Of a stretch of 64,000 nucleotides of DNA, positions 52,302 through 62,019 are shown one piece after another. Numbering within the stretch: position 1 is the stretch's first letter; each line of letters starts with the position of its first letter. The DNA lies in contig JBBRSB010000005.1 in NCBI GenBank assembly GCA_038245785.1, forward strand, positions 1 through 64,000, read 5' to 3'. This stretch comes from Gloeobacterales cyanobacterium. GTDB lineage: Bacteria; Cyanobacteriota; Cyanobacteriia; Gloeobacterales; PMM-0068. The translations under genes and the position numbers were made by a program. A model generated the notes under the pieces. The model was not told the origin of the DNA. It saw only the letters and a program-made list of their open reading frames with translations, and ran no database searches.

Positions 52302-52628
52302 ATGGAAGCCAAATTTTATACCTACCGAGTGTTTTGGTCTGAAGAGGATGAAGAGTTTGTTGGCTTTTGCTCCGAATTTCCTGGCATGAGCTGGCTGGAT
52401 GAAAATCACCAAAAAGCTTTCTCTGGCATTGTTGCTTTAGTCCAAGAATGCCTTAATGATTTGGAGGCTAGACATGAGCCTATTCCACCTCCCCTATCCA
52501 AAAAACAATAAAGTGGCAGGTTCATGGTCAGAATTCCGCCTGAACAGCATCGAGAGCTGGCGCTCCAAGCGGCTGAACAAGGCATCAGTCTAAATCGTCT
52601 TGCAAGCAGTAAATTGATTGCAGATTAA
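52302..52628 (+). pseudogene. HicB-family antitoxin with an internal nonsense codon
   Basis: YTYRVFWSEED..EFPG.SW, TAA at 52509-52511, then in frame SGRFMVRIPPEQHRELA..SLNRL. Confidence 0.8.
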
Positions 52629-52745
52629 GGGACAGTGCGCTCAAGTATCAAATATTTTTTGGATATTTGCTTTTGGCTGAGGGACTTAGGGATAGCAAGA
52701 TACACAAATACCTAAAAGTATTAGCCAGGTAAGCATTGTGTAGAG

Positions 52746-53117
52746 CTACATTCCTACTGCAACTTGCTGGAAAGGCTCACCCTCATGATGCTGTGAGATC
52801 TGGATAATGACCTTTTGATTCAGTTTATTCAGAAAGCCAAAAAGCCGACCTTCAGAAAATAAATAGTATTTCCCTTGCATCAGATTGGAGACTTCTGGCT
52901 GCTTGATATCTAGTAGCTCGGCAATCTCACGTTGTCTGAGGCCACGCTCTTTCAGCATTTGTCGCACCGAATAGCCGAGCTGCGCCCGAGTCAATAGCTC
53001 ATCTGCTTCTTCAAGACCCATATTGGCAAAAACATTGCCGCTGCTTTCAACATATTCATGGGGTGTAGATATATTCGTTATTTGGCCTCCTGTTGGCTTG
53101 ACTCGCTCACTCTTCAA
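52746..53117 (-). CDS. Orphan XRE/HTH antitoxin-like protein
   Basis: ESSGNVFANMG, GLRQREIAELLDIKQPEVSNL; start uncertain. Confidence 0.75.
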   Translation of the reverse strand: MKSERVKPTGGQITNISTPHEYVESSGNVFANMGLEEADELLTRAQLGYSVRQMLKERGLRQREIAELLDIKQPEVSNLMQGKYYLFSEGRLFGFLNKLNQKVIIQISQHHEGEPFQQVAVGM

Positions 53118-53169
53118 TTCTATAAGTAAACACTTATAAAAACAAGGCCAAGCGGAGAAGAGAAAAATT

Positions 53170-53325
53170 CGCCATTCATCGCACGGGCAGAAGTCGAATG
53201 TCTACGATTACTGGCGACGTTGCGGCTAGACCCTGCGAGATCTCAGCTTATTTTATGTGGATACCTGGCTGCGGCTGAATGTTCAGAGAGCAGGTGTTTC
53301 AGACAGCAGTTGGTACATTAGGAGA
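53170..53325 (+). pseudogene. Fragment of an Rpn/DUF4351-type putative transposase-like gene
   Basis: ECLRLLATLRLDPARSQLI / VDTWLRLN..EQVFQ split across frames; boundaries approximate. Confidence 0.5.
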
Positions 53326-53669
53326 GGCTGGACGGATTATCAGCGCGCGCCGGGCAACACGCATGAAAGGAGGGCTTATGAAGAAGGGACCATCTAATTC
53401 GGTACCGCCGAAAATACAGGCTGAAATTGATGCTCTAGCCGCGTTGGAAGAGCCGATCCGTACTGACCTTATCCCGGAGGCAAACGGAGATTGGAGTAAT
53501 GCGCGGCGTGGAGTTTTTTATCGCCCAATCAAACAGCAGATCACGCCATGCCTTAATGAATGCCGACCTTATAGATTGGTTCAAAACCCACGTCACCGAA
53601 GGGGAGGGGTATCAGACCCGCATCAACCGTACCCTGAGGGAATATATTACCCAGCGGCTAAATGGCTGA
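53326..53669 (+). pseudogene. BrnT C-terminal relic plus frameshifted BrnA antitoxin
   Basis: RIISARRAT, then DWSNARRGVFYRPIKQQIT and, in another frame, ADLIDWFK..GYQTRINRTLREY. Confidence 0.7.
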
Positions 53670-54210
53670 GGAATATTTCCTAAGTCTATACATAGTCTCC
53701 CAATCTCTTGAGATGCCTCGCAATATAGGGATCTGGGAAGAAATGCCCTCTGGCCTTTGGATTTGTCAGCCCTCCGGCGATAAATATTTTTATTTTTTGG
53801 AGGAACGCTGGCAGGTCATCGGTCAGCACCGCATTCATAGCTCCTCACCAATCAGCCAGAGGCATAGGTCATCGAATTAATCCGCAAGCATCACAAGTCT
53901 GGCAAGTCTTTCCAGCAAATCGCTATCTGGCTCAATGGTCAGGGCTACTCGCCCAAGCGTGGCGAGAGCTTGAGAATCAGCTAGTAAAGAAATTTCAGTC
54001 ATAGAACCCCTTATAGCGAACTCCTCACTGAGCATCATCAAAAGTGCGCAAGACCCATCATGTGAGCCCAAGATCACCTTGTTTGCAAGCTGGTGTGATT
54101 ATGATTGCAGTCTCTTACACATAGATGCGTGTTTCACTGTGGGGTCGCTATGCTCTTCAAGAAAAGCGTAAGGGTTGGGCACTATATATTCGGACCGACA
54201 GGAAAACATC

Positions 54211-54654
54211 ATGAAAAAGATAGCAACAACTCTTATATTGCTCTATCTGTCCACGGGGGTCGCTAATTCTCAAACATTAGACGCCCCGTCTCCCCCCACT
54301 GTCAATCCGGTGCATTCTGGGGCATACCTTGCGAGGAAAGCGGAGGTTGCAACTGAAATAGTTTCTTATATTCAAGCAGGCATAGAGTTGCCTACATGCG
54401 AGATAGCTACCCAAGCTTGGAATAAGGCAGAGACAGATAGAGCAGCCAATCAAAGCGCTACCGATTCTGATAGATTCTGGTGGGGGCCATGGGGCGTTAC
54501 CCCCAGAGATAATTCAAAGCAGATGGCTATGTTGTTTTACAGTGCCGAGGCAGCACAAAGATTGTGTGGAAATTCTTCTCTTGTAGACAATTTGGAAAAA
54601 CGCTTTAACGCTGCTGTTCCGAGTGAGGAATTGCCTTCAAATCGCAAACACTAA
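54211..54654 (+). CDS. Secreted hypothetical protein
   Basis: AGGA RBS and signal peptide MKKIATTLILLYL. Confidence 0.6.
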   Translation: MKKIATTLILLYLSTGVANSQTLDAPSPPTVNPVHSGAYLARKAEVATEIVSYIQAGIELPTCEIATQAWNKAETDRAANQSATDSDRFWWGPWGVTPRDNSKQMAMLFYSAEAAQRLCGNSSLVDNLEKRFNAAVPSEELPSNRKH

Positions 54655-54913
54655 CCTATTTTCTAAGCTAGAAAAATATCAGCTTAAATTTCTTTTTTGC
54701 TTAAGGAAAAAAACAGATGGATGCTGTGAGAAATGACAGTACCACGGTGGATTCTCTCTCTAGAGTGGCTTTTTCATATTGCTTTCTCTTAGGGGAGTTG
54801 AGTTAATGGAAAATCTACATTCGGGGTAGTCTGTTTATTTTTTAGAGTGACAGATATTACTTAGACTTCACTCTTAGCCGCGACTGGCTAGTGGACAAAT
54901 TCTATAGGACATC

Positions 54914-55624
54914 ATGAAACGATTACTTGCAATTACCTCTCTAATGGCTCTTTTGACTGGCCCTGCCATGGCCGCGCCAAGCAAGCTTGAACAAGTTTTT
55001 GATCCTGAAATGCTCTCGGTAGATCTTTCATACTTCGAGCTAGTGACTGGTCCGGCTAGAAACACTCACGGAGGCACTAAAATCTACAAAGTTGACGGCT
55101 GTGAGGTGACAGCTACCTTAGACGGTAGCACGATTCAATCACTTAGATTGGAGTTAAGCCCCTCTTGAACGTTCGACATAAACAAGTTCTTGCATGGATA
55201 CGGAAAGTTCCCCGCCCCTCATCTCATGACATTTGGGCAATTTGATGCATTAACAGGTAACGTTGGACAGTTCATGACTGCCTGCCTGAACGAATGCGGC
55301 AATATCACGGACCCGAGCGTGTATGAATATAGGTCTGGACCTCATTCAGATGGTTGGCTTGACGTAATGCTAGAGGTCAAACTAGTTGACACCCCCTCGA
55401 TAGATGCATCGTTTAAATGGGCGAAAGCGATGAAGAAGACAGAAGGAGAGGAATGGGTTCTCCAGACCAAATTTAATTGCCAACTCACGAAGTACGATAC
55501 TGTCGCCCACAACACTTTCAAGAAAGTCAGAATCACGGCAATCACAGTTGGACATAACATCAAGACTCCGGGTCATGGACTTTTAACCACATGGTCTGGT
55601 GCCGATGATTGCGGCGGAGGTTAA
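54914..55624 (+). pseudogene. Secreted Cys-containing protein interrupted by an in-frame TGA
   Basis: The two track ORFs (54914-55168 and 55190-55624) share a frame; single TGA at 55166-55168; signal peptide present. Confidence 0.65.
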
Positions 55625-55874
55625 CAGTACTAGTATTTGAAATGCTTAACTATAGAGAATTACGCTAAGGCTATAACTCTCACTGAACGGTGCTCGGCGT
55701 GGGGACATGGCAATAGAAGACCCCTGGGTTTTGAATTTTTTCCATCCTGCGATTAGGATTTGTATTTCTCGGTCGAGGGCTGGCAAATTGTCGGGTTAGT
55801 AATCTAGTTGATTGCTCAGGTCTGATAACCCTCTTGAGCGAAATTTGAAAGCACATTCTCACTAGAAGACAATC

Positions 55875-55922
55875 GACTAACGATGGAAATTAGTGGCGCG
55901 CGTCCGCCTGAATTGGTTAGGA
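55875..55922 (-). mobile_element. Degenerate attC site of the FRG cassette
   Basis: Minus strand TCCTAAC-CAATTCAGGCGGACGCGCGCCACTAATTTCCATC-GTTAGTC, overlapping the gene stop. Confidence 0.6.
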
Positions 55923-56705
55923 ATCATACCTATAGATTCTGTTGGCTAACATTTCAGCAAGGCTTTCCTCAGATCCATATAGTGAATATGCGTTTATGTT
56001 CATTGCGTCAAGGTCAGCAAGTGCTTCAGCCCTAATGCATGAAGGGATAATATACCTGGTTGCAATATCTTGGTGATCGTTGCTGGGCTGAAGGGCTTCT
56101 TCGTGGCTCCCGTAATGCCAAGTACTACCAATTTTCTTCCTGCAAAAGGTGTATTCCGCCTGCTGAATATAATGCCGTCTGTGCGTTCGGATGGTTGGGC
56201 CACACCCAATTATTTGTGATTCAGATGACCACCCGCCCTTAGCGCCATCCGCGTATTCTCTGAACGAGTAAATTGCGACAGTCTTTTCTGGGCTTGGGTG
56301 CTGAAAGGCAAAGAAGGAGGCAATGTATGGAGATCTGGTCCAATCCAAAATAGGCGTTGGGAAACCGTGATGGCGTAGATAAACCATGAATTCGTAGTTC
56401 TTTGGAGGGGATGGATGATCAGCGTTGTCAAAAGCGGTGACCCATACATTATTGGTGTATGACTCAAAGGCGTGTTTTGCTACCTCTACCGTGGTTCCAT
56501 ATTCATCAATAGAGGGAAGGCTGCTTCTTCCCTTTCTTTCAATAGTGGATTCAAGACGCCAGCTCGAACACTTGTGTCCGCGAAACAATAGCGGTGATAT
56601 ATATAATTCTCCGTTAACCTGTTTGGATTCTTGGTCTAGAAGTTGGGATATTATTTCTTTCCAAGACGCCCAACTGGATAGTTCTTGACTTTTCATTCTT
56701 AGCAC
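55917..56705 (-). CDS. FRG-domain protein (gene cassette)
   Basis: LFRGH..W.LESTIER and RHHGFPTPILDWTRSPYIASFFA. Confidence 0.9.
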   Translation of the reverse strand: MLRMKSQELSSWASWKEIISQLLDQESKQVNGELYISPLLFRGHKCSSWRLESTIERKGRSSLPSIDEYGTTVEVAKHAFESYTNNVWVTAFDNADHPSPPKNYEFMVYLRHHGFPTPILDWTRSPYIASFFAFQHPSPEKTVAIYSFREYADGAKGGWSSESQIIGCGPTIRTHRRHYIQQAEYTFCRKKIGSTWHYGSHEEALQPSNDHQDIATRYIIPSCIRAEALADLDAMNINAYSLYGSEESLAEMLANRIYRYDS

Positions 56706-56720
56706 CTCACTTGCTGGGAT

Positions 56721-56895
56721 TCCTAACTATTTATTGGACTGAATCAAATCTACCTATCACACCCAATAGGGATCTTAGGTAGATTCATTTCCACCTATTT
56801 ATTCCAAGCAGGTAATTGGGTAGAAAGACTCATACTCTAATTCTACCTTGCACCTCTAATAGGGATCTTAGGCTGAAACATAACCACCTATCCGA
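56721..56895 (-). mobile_element. attI-like site with upstream repeated motifs
   Basis: GTCCAAT-AAATA-GTTAGGA core at 56739-56721; 15-bp direct repeat AATAGGGATCTTAGG at 56765 and 56858. Confidence 0.5.
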
Positions 56896-57124
56896 TTCCA
56901 CACTATACTTTCATGAAATTTTAATCAGGGCAGAGAGTTAATTTTCTACTTCACTCAAGCAGCTATGGAACCCTGCCCAAAAAACTGGTCTAACTATTAA
57001 GTGCACATACCCAGGCATCAGAAAATTTAAGAGCGACAGCCATTTCACGTTCGCTTAATCCTTAACTTGAACTTGGAAGGCCAGAAGATAAATTTCAAAC
57101 TACTGACATAAACTGCAACTTAAG

Positions 57125-57182
57125 CGCTAACGTTTAATTCACCAGCGAGCTTCAGCGAGTCCGGTGGAATGGCTGGTTGGGC
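57125..57182 (-). mobile_element. Integron attC site (58 bp)
   Basis: GCCCAAC-CAGCC-ATTCCACC-GGACTCGCTGAAGCTCGCT-GGTGAAT-TAAAC-GTTAGCG: R''/L''/L'/R' boxes, 5-bp spacers and an extrahelical base. Confidence 0.85.
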
Positions 57183-57185
57183 ATT

Positions 57186-57719
57186 TTATTTTTCATTTAT
57201 AATTTTTTGCCTAATTGGTTCCCAAATTGAAGTGATGTCGTCTCTACTTAACCCATTTTCTTCCGCATAATTATATACGATTCCGTGAAGTAACTTTATT
57301 GCTACACCATGAAGACACCATTGTGGTTCATCGTTGGGAACAGCCTCAAGTTTATCTGAGATTGCTTGTAATCTTGAAGATACCTCTTTGTCATCACTCA
57401 GAAGAGTTACGCCATGAGCAAGATCGTTACGTAAGTCTCTAAGCATATGAATTCCTTCGGCTGTTATGTCATTAACAATGCCGATTAATTGAGCTGTATT
57501 TATTGCTTTAAAAAAAGTATTGTAGGCTTCTTTGCCTTTTATTAGGTTCTTTATAGCTTGCTTTTTCTGACTTGTATCCTGCTCAATAAGTTCCTTTAGT
57601 AAGGCTTCAAGAGCAGCGCATAACACAATTACATTTCCCCTAGTTGATTCTGTAAATAGATTACGATCATAAAAAATACGTAGCCTAATGACTCTTTCAA
57701 TGATCTTATCTATTTCCAT
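57186..57719 (-). CDS. MtlR/HEPN-like protein (gene cassette)
   Basis: ESTRGNVIVLCAALEALL and RNDLAH (Rx4H) motifs; AT-rich. Confidence 0.65.
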   Translation of the reverse strand: MEIDKIIERVIRLRIFYDRNLFTESTRGNVIVLCAALEALLKELIEQDTSQKKQAIKNLIKGKEAYNTFFKAINTAQLIGIVNDITAEGIHMLRDLRNDLAHGVTLLSDDKEVSSRLQAISDKLEAVPNDEPQWCLHGVAIKLLHGIVYNYAEENGLSRDDITSIWEPIRQKIINEK

Positions 57720-57739
57720 AATTTTGCTCTAGTTTTAGT

Positions 57740-57758
57740 GCCCAACCAGTGATTATAC
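57740..57758 (-). mobile_element. attI-like simple site
   Basis: GTATAAT-CACTG-GTTGGGC; the R box is the exact complement of the attC R'' (GCCCAAC). Confidence 0.55.
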
Positions 57759-58068
57759 AGTTTCTGGATATCTCCACGGGGAGAATATCAGCGCATTTGT
57801 AAGGATAGACAGCAGAAACAGCCATAAATAAGTTCCCAGAGATTGACGCTAGATAAGAAGAGCTGCTCAACTGGCAAGATCAGAGTTCAGCGCGGGTAAA
57901 TGCTTCCGTGAGGTTTGTTCCAGCCGACTAAGAATCATAAGCTACCTGGTGGCAGCAAGATAATGAAGACTGGGAGTTAGACTTTCTTTCATGGTCGTAT
58001 GCTCCTTAATGCATGGATAAATATGCTATAAGCTAATACTTAGCCATCTTTCGATTAGGATTAGGGGG

Positions 58069-58299
58069 TTAGTTTATGTCATGGTTGTTTAGAGTCTCTT
58101 CCAAATGATCAACTTTGCTTTCCAGGTCAGAAACTTTTTCTTCAGTTTTTTCCTCTCGAATGTCTGTATTGTTTTCTAGCTGCCCAAGGCGGGTTTCCAT
58201 TTCATCTACGCTGGATTGCATATTCTGGAAACTTGAAATAGCAAAAGTAGCTGTCGATAGCAATAACAAAACTAGCGCTATACCGATTACTCGATTCAT
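58069..58299 (-). CDS. Small exported coiled-coil protein
   Basis: Hydrophobic N-terminus MNRVIGIALVLLL, then heptads. Confidence 0.5.
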   Translation of the reverse strand: MNRVIGIALVLLLLSTATFAISSFQNMQSSVDEMETRLGQLENNTDIREEKTEEKVSDLESKVDHLEETLNNHDIN

Positions 58300-58625
58300 G
58301 ATTTTCTCATATTTATGTATGTGGACTGTTGTAAGTTGCACGGCATATAGCCATTCAGCATTACGCGGACCTCTCTTTGAATATGCCCCTTAATCGGGGC
58401 CGATCCATCGCCCAAAGCTTCTCCCCTGATAGAGAAGTTGGGGGGGGTGCATATCCCTCGAAAAGGTATATTTCGGGGTCTAAGCAGCGAAGAATTAGGC
58501 GTTAAGAAGCCCTGATATAAAGGCTTCTGCCGATCCTTTGGACTCATAGTTTCCGTAACTCTCTTTGACCTTCCCTCGAAAAAGTGGACATTCCCGAAGA
58601 GTCGTTAACCGAGGAGAATGTTCAG

Positions 58626-58934
58626 ATGTCGCAAAAACCACGCAGACTATTTACTCCTGAGCAAAAAGCTGAGGCAGTTCGCATCGTCACTCAATCTGGC
58701 AAACCCGTCAGCCAAGTTGCCAAAGAGATGGGTTTAACCGAAAGTGCCCTTCGCCAATGGGTTAAACAAGCCCAGATCGACCATCAATCAGACCCACAGG
58801 GTCCATTGACCTCTACTGAACGTAAAGAACTGATTACTTTACGCCGGGACTTGAAACGGGTTCAAATGGAGCGGGATTTCCTAAAAAAAGCAGCGACCTT
58901 CTTTGCGAAGGAAAGCTCAGACCCTATGAGCTAA
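58626..58934 (+). CDS. IS3 OrfA (HTH)
   Basis: RRLFTPEQKAEAV..VAKEMG..LRQWV; slippery AAAAAAAG at 58883-58890. Confidence 0.9.
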   Translation: MSQKPRRLFTPEQKAEAVRIVTQSGKPVSQVAKEMGLTESALRQWVKQAQIDHQSDPQGPLTSTERKELITLRRDLKRVQMERDFLKKAATFFAKESSDPMS

Positions 58935-58966
58935 TCCATGCAGAGAAGGTTAACTTTTCTATTGCC

Positions 58967-59806
58967 TTGATGTGTAAAGTGCTCAATCTGTCCAGGAGTG
59001 GCTATTACGCCTGGTTCAAGTGCAAAGCATCCCCCAGAACTCAGGAGAATGAAATCTTGTCACAACAAATTCAACAGATTTACCAAGCAAGTCGTGAAAC
59101 CTATGGCTCCCCCCGGATTCATGCATCGCTAGTGGACAAAGGCTTTCAGGTCGGTCGTCAACGGGTCGTGCGATTAATGGCAAAGCTCGGTATCTGCGTC
59201 CGCCCTAAGCGTAAATTCAAGGTCACGACCGATTCTGGACATGACTTACCGATTGCTGAGAATGTTCTGGATAGGGACTTTACAACGAGTGAACCTGACC
59301 GGTCTTGGGCAGCAGATTTGACGTATGTCTGGACCACTGAAGGATGGCTTTACTTGGCTGTCATTATCGACCTGTTCTCCCGACGGGTAGTGGGGTGGTC
59401 CATGGCTGAGCATATGCGTACAGAATTGGTTTTGACAGCTTTAGACGCAGCTTTGGGGCAGCGCATACCCTCACAAGCTGGGTTGGTCTTTCATTCTGAA
59501 CGGGGCAGCCAATACGCCAGTGGAGACTACCAAGCTGCTCTCCAGAAGGCTGGCATAACCTGTAGTATGAGCCGTCGAGCCAATTGTTGGGATAACGCCG
59601 TGGCTGAAAGTTTTTTTGGTACCCTCAAAACCGAGTTGATCTATCCGAGGATTTTCTCCTCAAGAGCAATCGCCAGGACAACCATCGCGGAGTGGATCGA
59701 AGTGTTTTACAATCGACAACGAATGCACTCGACGATTGGATATCTTTCCCCAGTTCAATTTGAAGAAAATTACTGGTGCACCCTAAATCACCCCATGGTA
59801 GCTTAA
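58967..59806 (+). CDS. IS3 OrfB (DDE transposase)
   Basis: YGSPRI, WAADLTY, HSERGSQY and DNAVAESFF. Confidence 0.9.
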   Translation: MMCKVLNLSRSGYYAWFKCKASPRTQENEILSQQIQQIYQASRETYGSPRIHASLVDKGFQVGRQRVVRLMAKLGICVRPKRKFKVTTDSGHDLPIAENVLDRDFTTSEPDRSWAADLTYVWTTEGWLYLAVIIDLFSRRVVGWSMAEHMRTELVLTALDAALGQRIPSQAGLVFHSERGSQYASGDYQAALQKAGITCSMSRRANCWDNAVAESFFGTLKTELIYPRIFSSRAIARTTIAEWIEVFYNRQRMHSTIGYLSPVQFEENYWCTLNHPMVA

Positions 59807-59952
59807 GTTACCTGTCCACTTTTTTGGGGTAAGGTCACTTTGAGCACGGCAGAGATGAGTTCGCAATCCACCTAGAAATGCGAACTCTCTGTCTATTTCG
59901 CTCTACTGGTCAACATAAAGCTCGGCCACACAAGTAGATATTCTGGATGAGG

Positions 59953-60816
59953 CTACGGTTTATAGAAAGCAGGCCCAGTACATCCTTTCAGAGCATTGGG
60001 CATAGATGGAGTTGCACATTGTAATTTCATGTCTTCAACTTCAGTTAGCGCACCATCTTTACTAAGCACTACTGCGCAATCATTTGCAAGGTAATCCCTT
60101 CTTGCTCTGTTGCGCTCTTCTTGCCCAATATACGCTCCTGTGTATGGGTTGTAAGGTTGATACTCTGACTTTGCGCTGTTCAGAAAATAGCACATGTTCA
60201 CGGAATAGTCACTGAGGATGCGGTCACAGTGCATCGATTGAGACCAATGCTTACCGATTGAAAGGTATGGCTCTTCCCACGGAATTGCTAGCGCCCCAGT
60301 AAAAGGATCAAATTTAGCTTTACCCGTCAAATGGTCGCTTTTTATTCCGCACGATTGAGACGTGAATAGAACGTATCTAGAAGGTTTGTTCTCCTTCACC
60401 TCAAGTTTTGCATTTTTTAAAAAACTTTCAAGAGTTCCATCACTGAAAGCAATCTTTATCTGAGTTTTGTGAGCGCTAGCTTTAGGGCAATTCAACTTAT
60501 CTTCAAAAAGATTGTCTGCTATCCATGAACTAATAGTACTTTGCTTCTGCTCCTCAAGTGAGCCTGGATAAAGAGGTTCTAGTAAGTTAATTTGGTCGCT
60601 TCCCATAGAAAAACTTTTATCTATTGATTGGCAATTTTGTCCTAAAGCACTATCGGCTAATACTTCAAATTCAAGTTCTTGCGCATTAGATTGTATGTAT
60701 TGTTCCAAAGTCTTAGGTAAAGGGGCAGCTTGCCCAGCATCGCCCGTCAAAACAACGGTCGAGAAAAGAACACAGAGAACAGTTAGTCGAAAGAGTAGGG
60801 TAGACATAGTGGTCAT
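59953..60816 (-). CDS. Secreted Cys-rich hypothetical protein
   Basis: AGGAG RBS, ATG 60816, signal peptide. Confidence 0.6.
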   Translation of the reverse strand: MTTMSTLLFRLTVLCVLFSTVVLTGDAGQAAPLPKTLEQYIQSNAQELEFEVLADSALGQNCQSIDKSFSMGSDQINLLEPLYPGSLEEQKQSTISSWIADNLFEDKLNCPKASAHKTQIKIAFSDGTLESFLKNAKLEVKENKPSRYVLFTSQSCGIKSDHLTGKAKFDPFTGALAIPWEEPYLSIGKHWSQSMHCDRILSDYSVNMCYFLNSAKSEYQPYNPYTGAYIGQEERNRARRDYLANDCAVVLSKDGALTEVEDMKLQCATPSMPNALKGCTGPAFYKP

Positions 60817-60946
60817 GGGAACTCCTAAATTGGATGGGAACACGGTCTGATCTACGAGGTTGAGACAGCTATGGCTTTTGAAACTCAAACTTGCGGGGGA
60901 TGTTTTACAGAGATTGCAGTTACAAATATTGGAGGTAAGGCCCTTT

Positions 60947-61780
60947 TCATTTCTTTTTTTTAGTGCTTGCGGTGTGGGCGACGATAGCCTCTCGCCCATA
61001 GAGAAGTGCTGAGTATGCTGTAGGTGCTTCAGGCCACCCCTCGGGCGGAAGAGGGCGAAGACTGAGCGGCAGTTCCGTTTCCATATCGAAGGTGCTGTTC
61101 CGCCAGGGATTCAGGCTTTGCACGGGAAAGGGAAGAGTGGGCGAAGCGTCCCACGCTACCAAGAAAGCTAGTGGGAAGAACTTGATGAACCAGGCGAGGA
61201 ATGGCTCTTGTCTTCCGAGATCTATGTATGAGGCGTCTCGCACCAAGACTTGCGGCTTGTGCGGGTACGCCCAGTAGTACATAGACAAAGCCTGCGGTAA
61301 TGGTTTCGACAAATCAAGAATGTAGTCTCGGACTTCTTCGGTATGCGGCCCCTTTCTGTATCGATCTACCCCTTGTGCTGCGATATGGCCGAGCACCGAA
61401 CGCATGATCGCCTGCGGGCGGGCAGGCACTGCCAAGGGCGACGGCAGATACAGACTACTCTGAAGGAGCGCTGCGGTCCCATTGGCGACGGCAATCAAGT
61501 AGGGATCGTACGTGTGGCCGAGAAGTTTGTTGTTGCAGCGACCGCAGAGCGTTCGGTACTTGACCCCATTCTGCGAGAATGACCTTTTCACCTTAGGCAC
61601 CGAAGCGGAAAGTGCGTGAGTGATGTGTAGAAGTTCGACTTCTGTCGGACGGACACAGCCTTTTGGTGGAGTGTGATCCTCCGTGAGTGGACCTACTTCT
61701 CCGCAGATATTGCAAGCGCCGTTCCTTGGACCCCTAGTCTCAACGCTGAAACCCTTATTTGACTTTGAATACTTCCGCAT
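60947..61780 (-). CDS. HNH-like Zn-finger nuclease-domain protein
   Basis: CNIC..LTEDHTPPK..LCGRCNN. Confidence 0.6.
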   Translation of the reverse strand: MRKYSKSNKGFSVETRGPRNGACNICGEVGPLTEDHTPPKGCVRPTEVELLHITHALSASVPKVKRSFSQNGVKYRTLCGRCNNKLLGHTYDPYLIAVANGTAALLQSSLYLPSPLAVPARPQAIMRSVLGHIAAQGVDRYRKGPHTEEVRDYILDLSKPLPQALSMYYWAYPHKPQVLVRDASYIDLGRQEPFLAWFIKFFPLAFLVAWDASPTLPFPVQSLNPWRNSTFDMETELPLSLRPLPPEGWPEAPTAYSALLYGREAIVAHTASTKKKK

Positions 61781-62019
61781 AGCAGCTTAAATTAGCAGGA
61801 TACCCAGAAAATTTCTGGATATAACTCAATATTGGAATGTCATCTGGAAATGCCTAGACCAAGGGAGAGATGTAATCGGAATCCATCAATTTCTAGGGAG
61901 TCAGGCGGGCAAACTCTCCCAAAAGAGTCTCTACTTACAAAAATCTGTAGAAGGGGAATTGAAGCATTAGAGCAGTTTTATAGATTTAAGTAGTTGCATG
62001 AATTTTAATTAGCAATCAC

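Larger units (their letters stand above)
58566..59837 (+). mobile_element. IS3-family insertion sequence (1272 bp)
   Basis: 25-bp terminal IRs (TGACCTTCCCTCGAAAAAGTGGACA / TGTCCACTTTTTTGGGGTAAGGTCA, 22/25 match), TG..CA ends, CTT target duplication. Confidence 0.93.

Noticed and set aside
53279..53683. 134-aa track ORF as a real gene
   Set aside because: A chimera of Rpn-like, BrnT and BrnA fragments.
53662..54077. Two short ORFs, possibly a decayed PIN-like gene
   Set aside because: No convincing motif; cannot be supported without a search.
55640..55690. Additional GTTRRR sites as att sites
   Set aside because: No correctly spaced L box or complementary partner.
56765..56872. 15-bp direct repeat as a mini-CRISPR
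   Set aside because: Only two copies, too short, a 78-bp gap and no cas genes.
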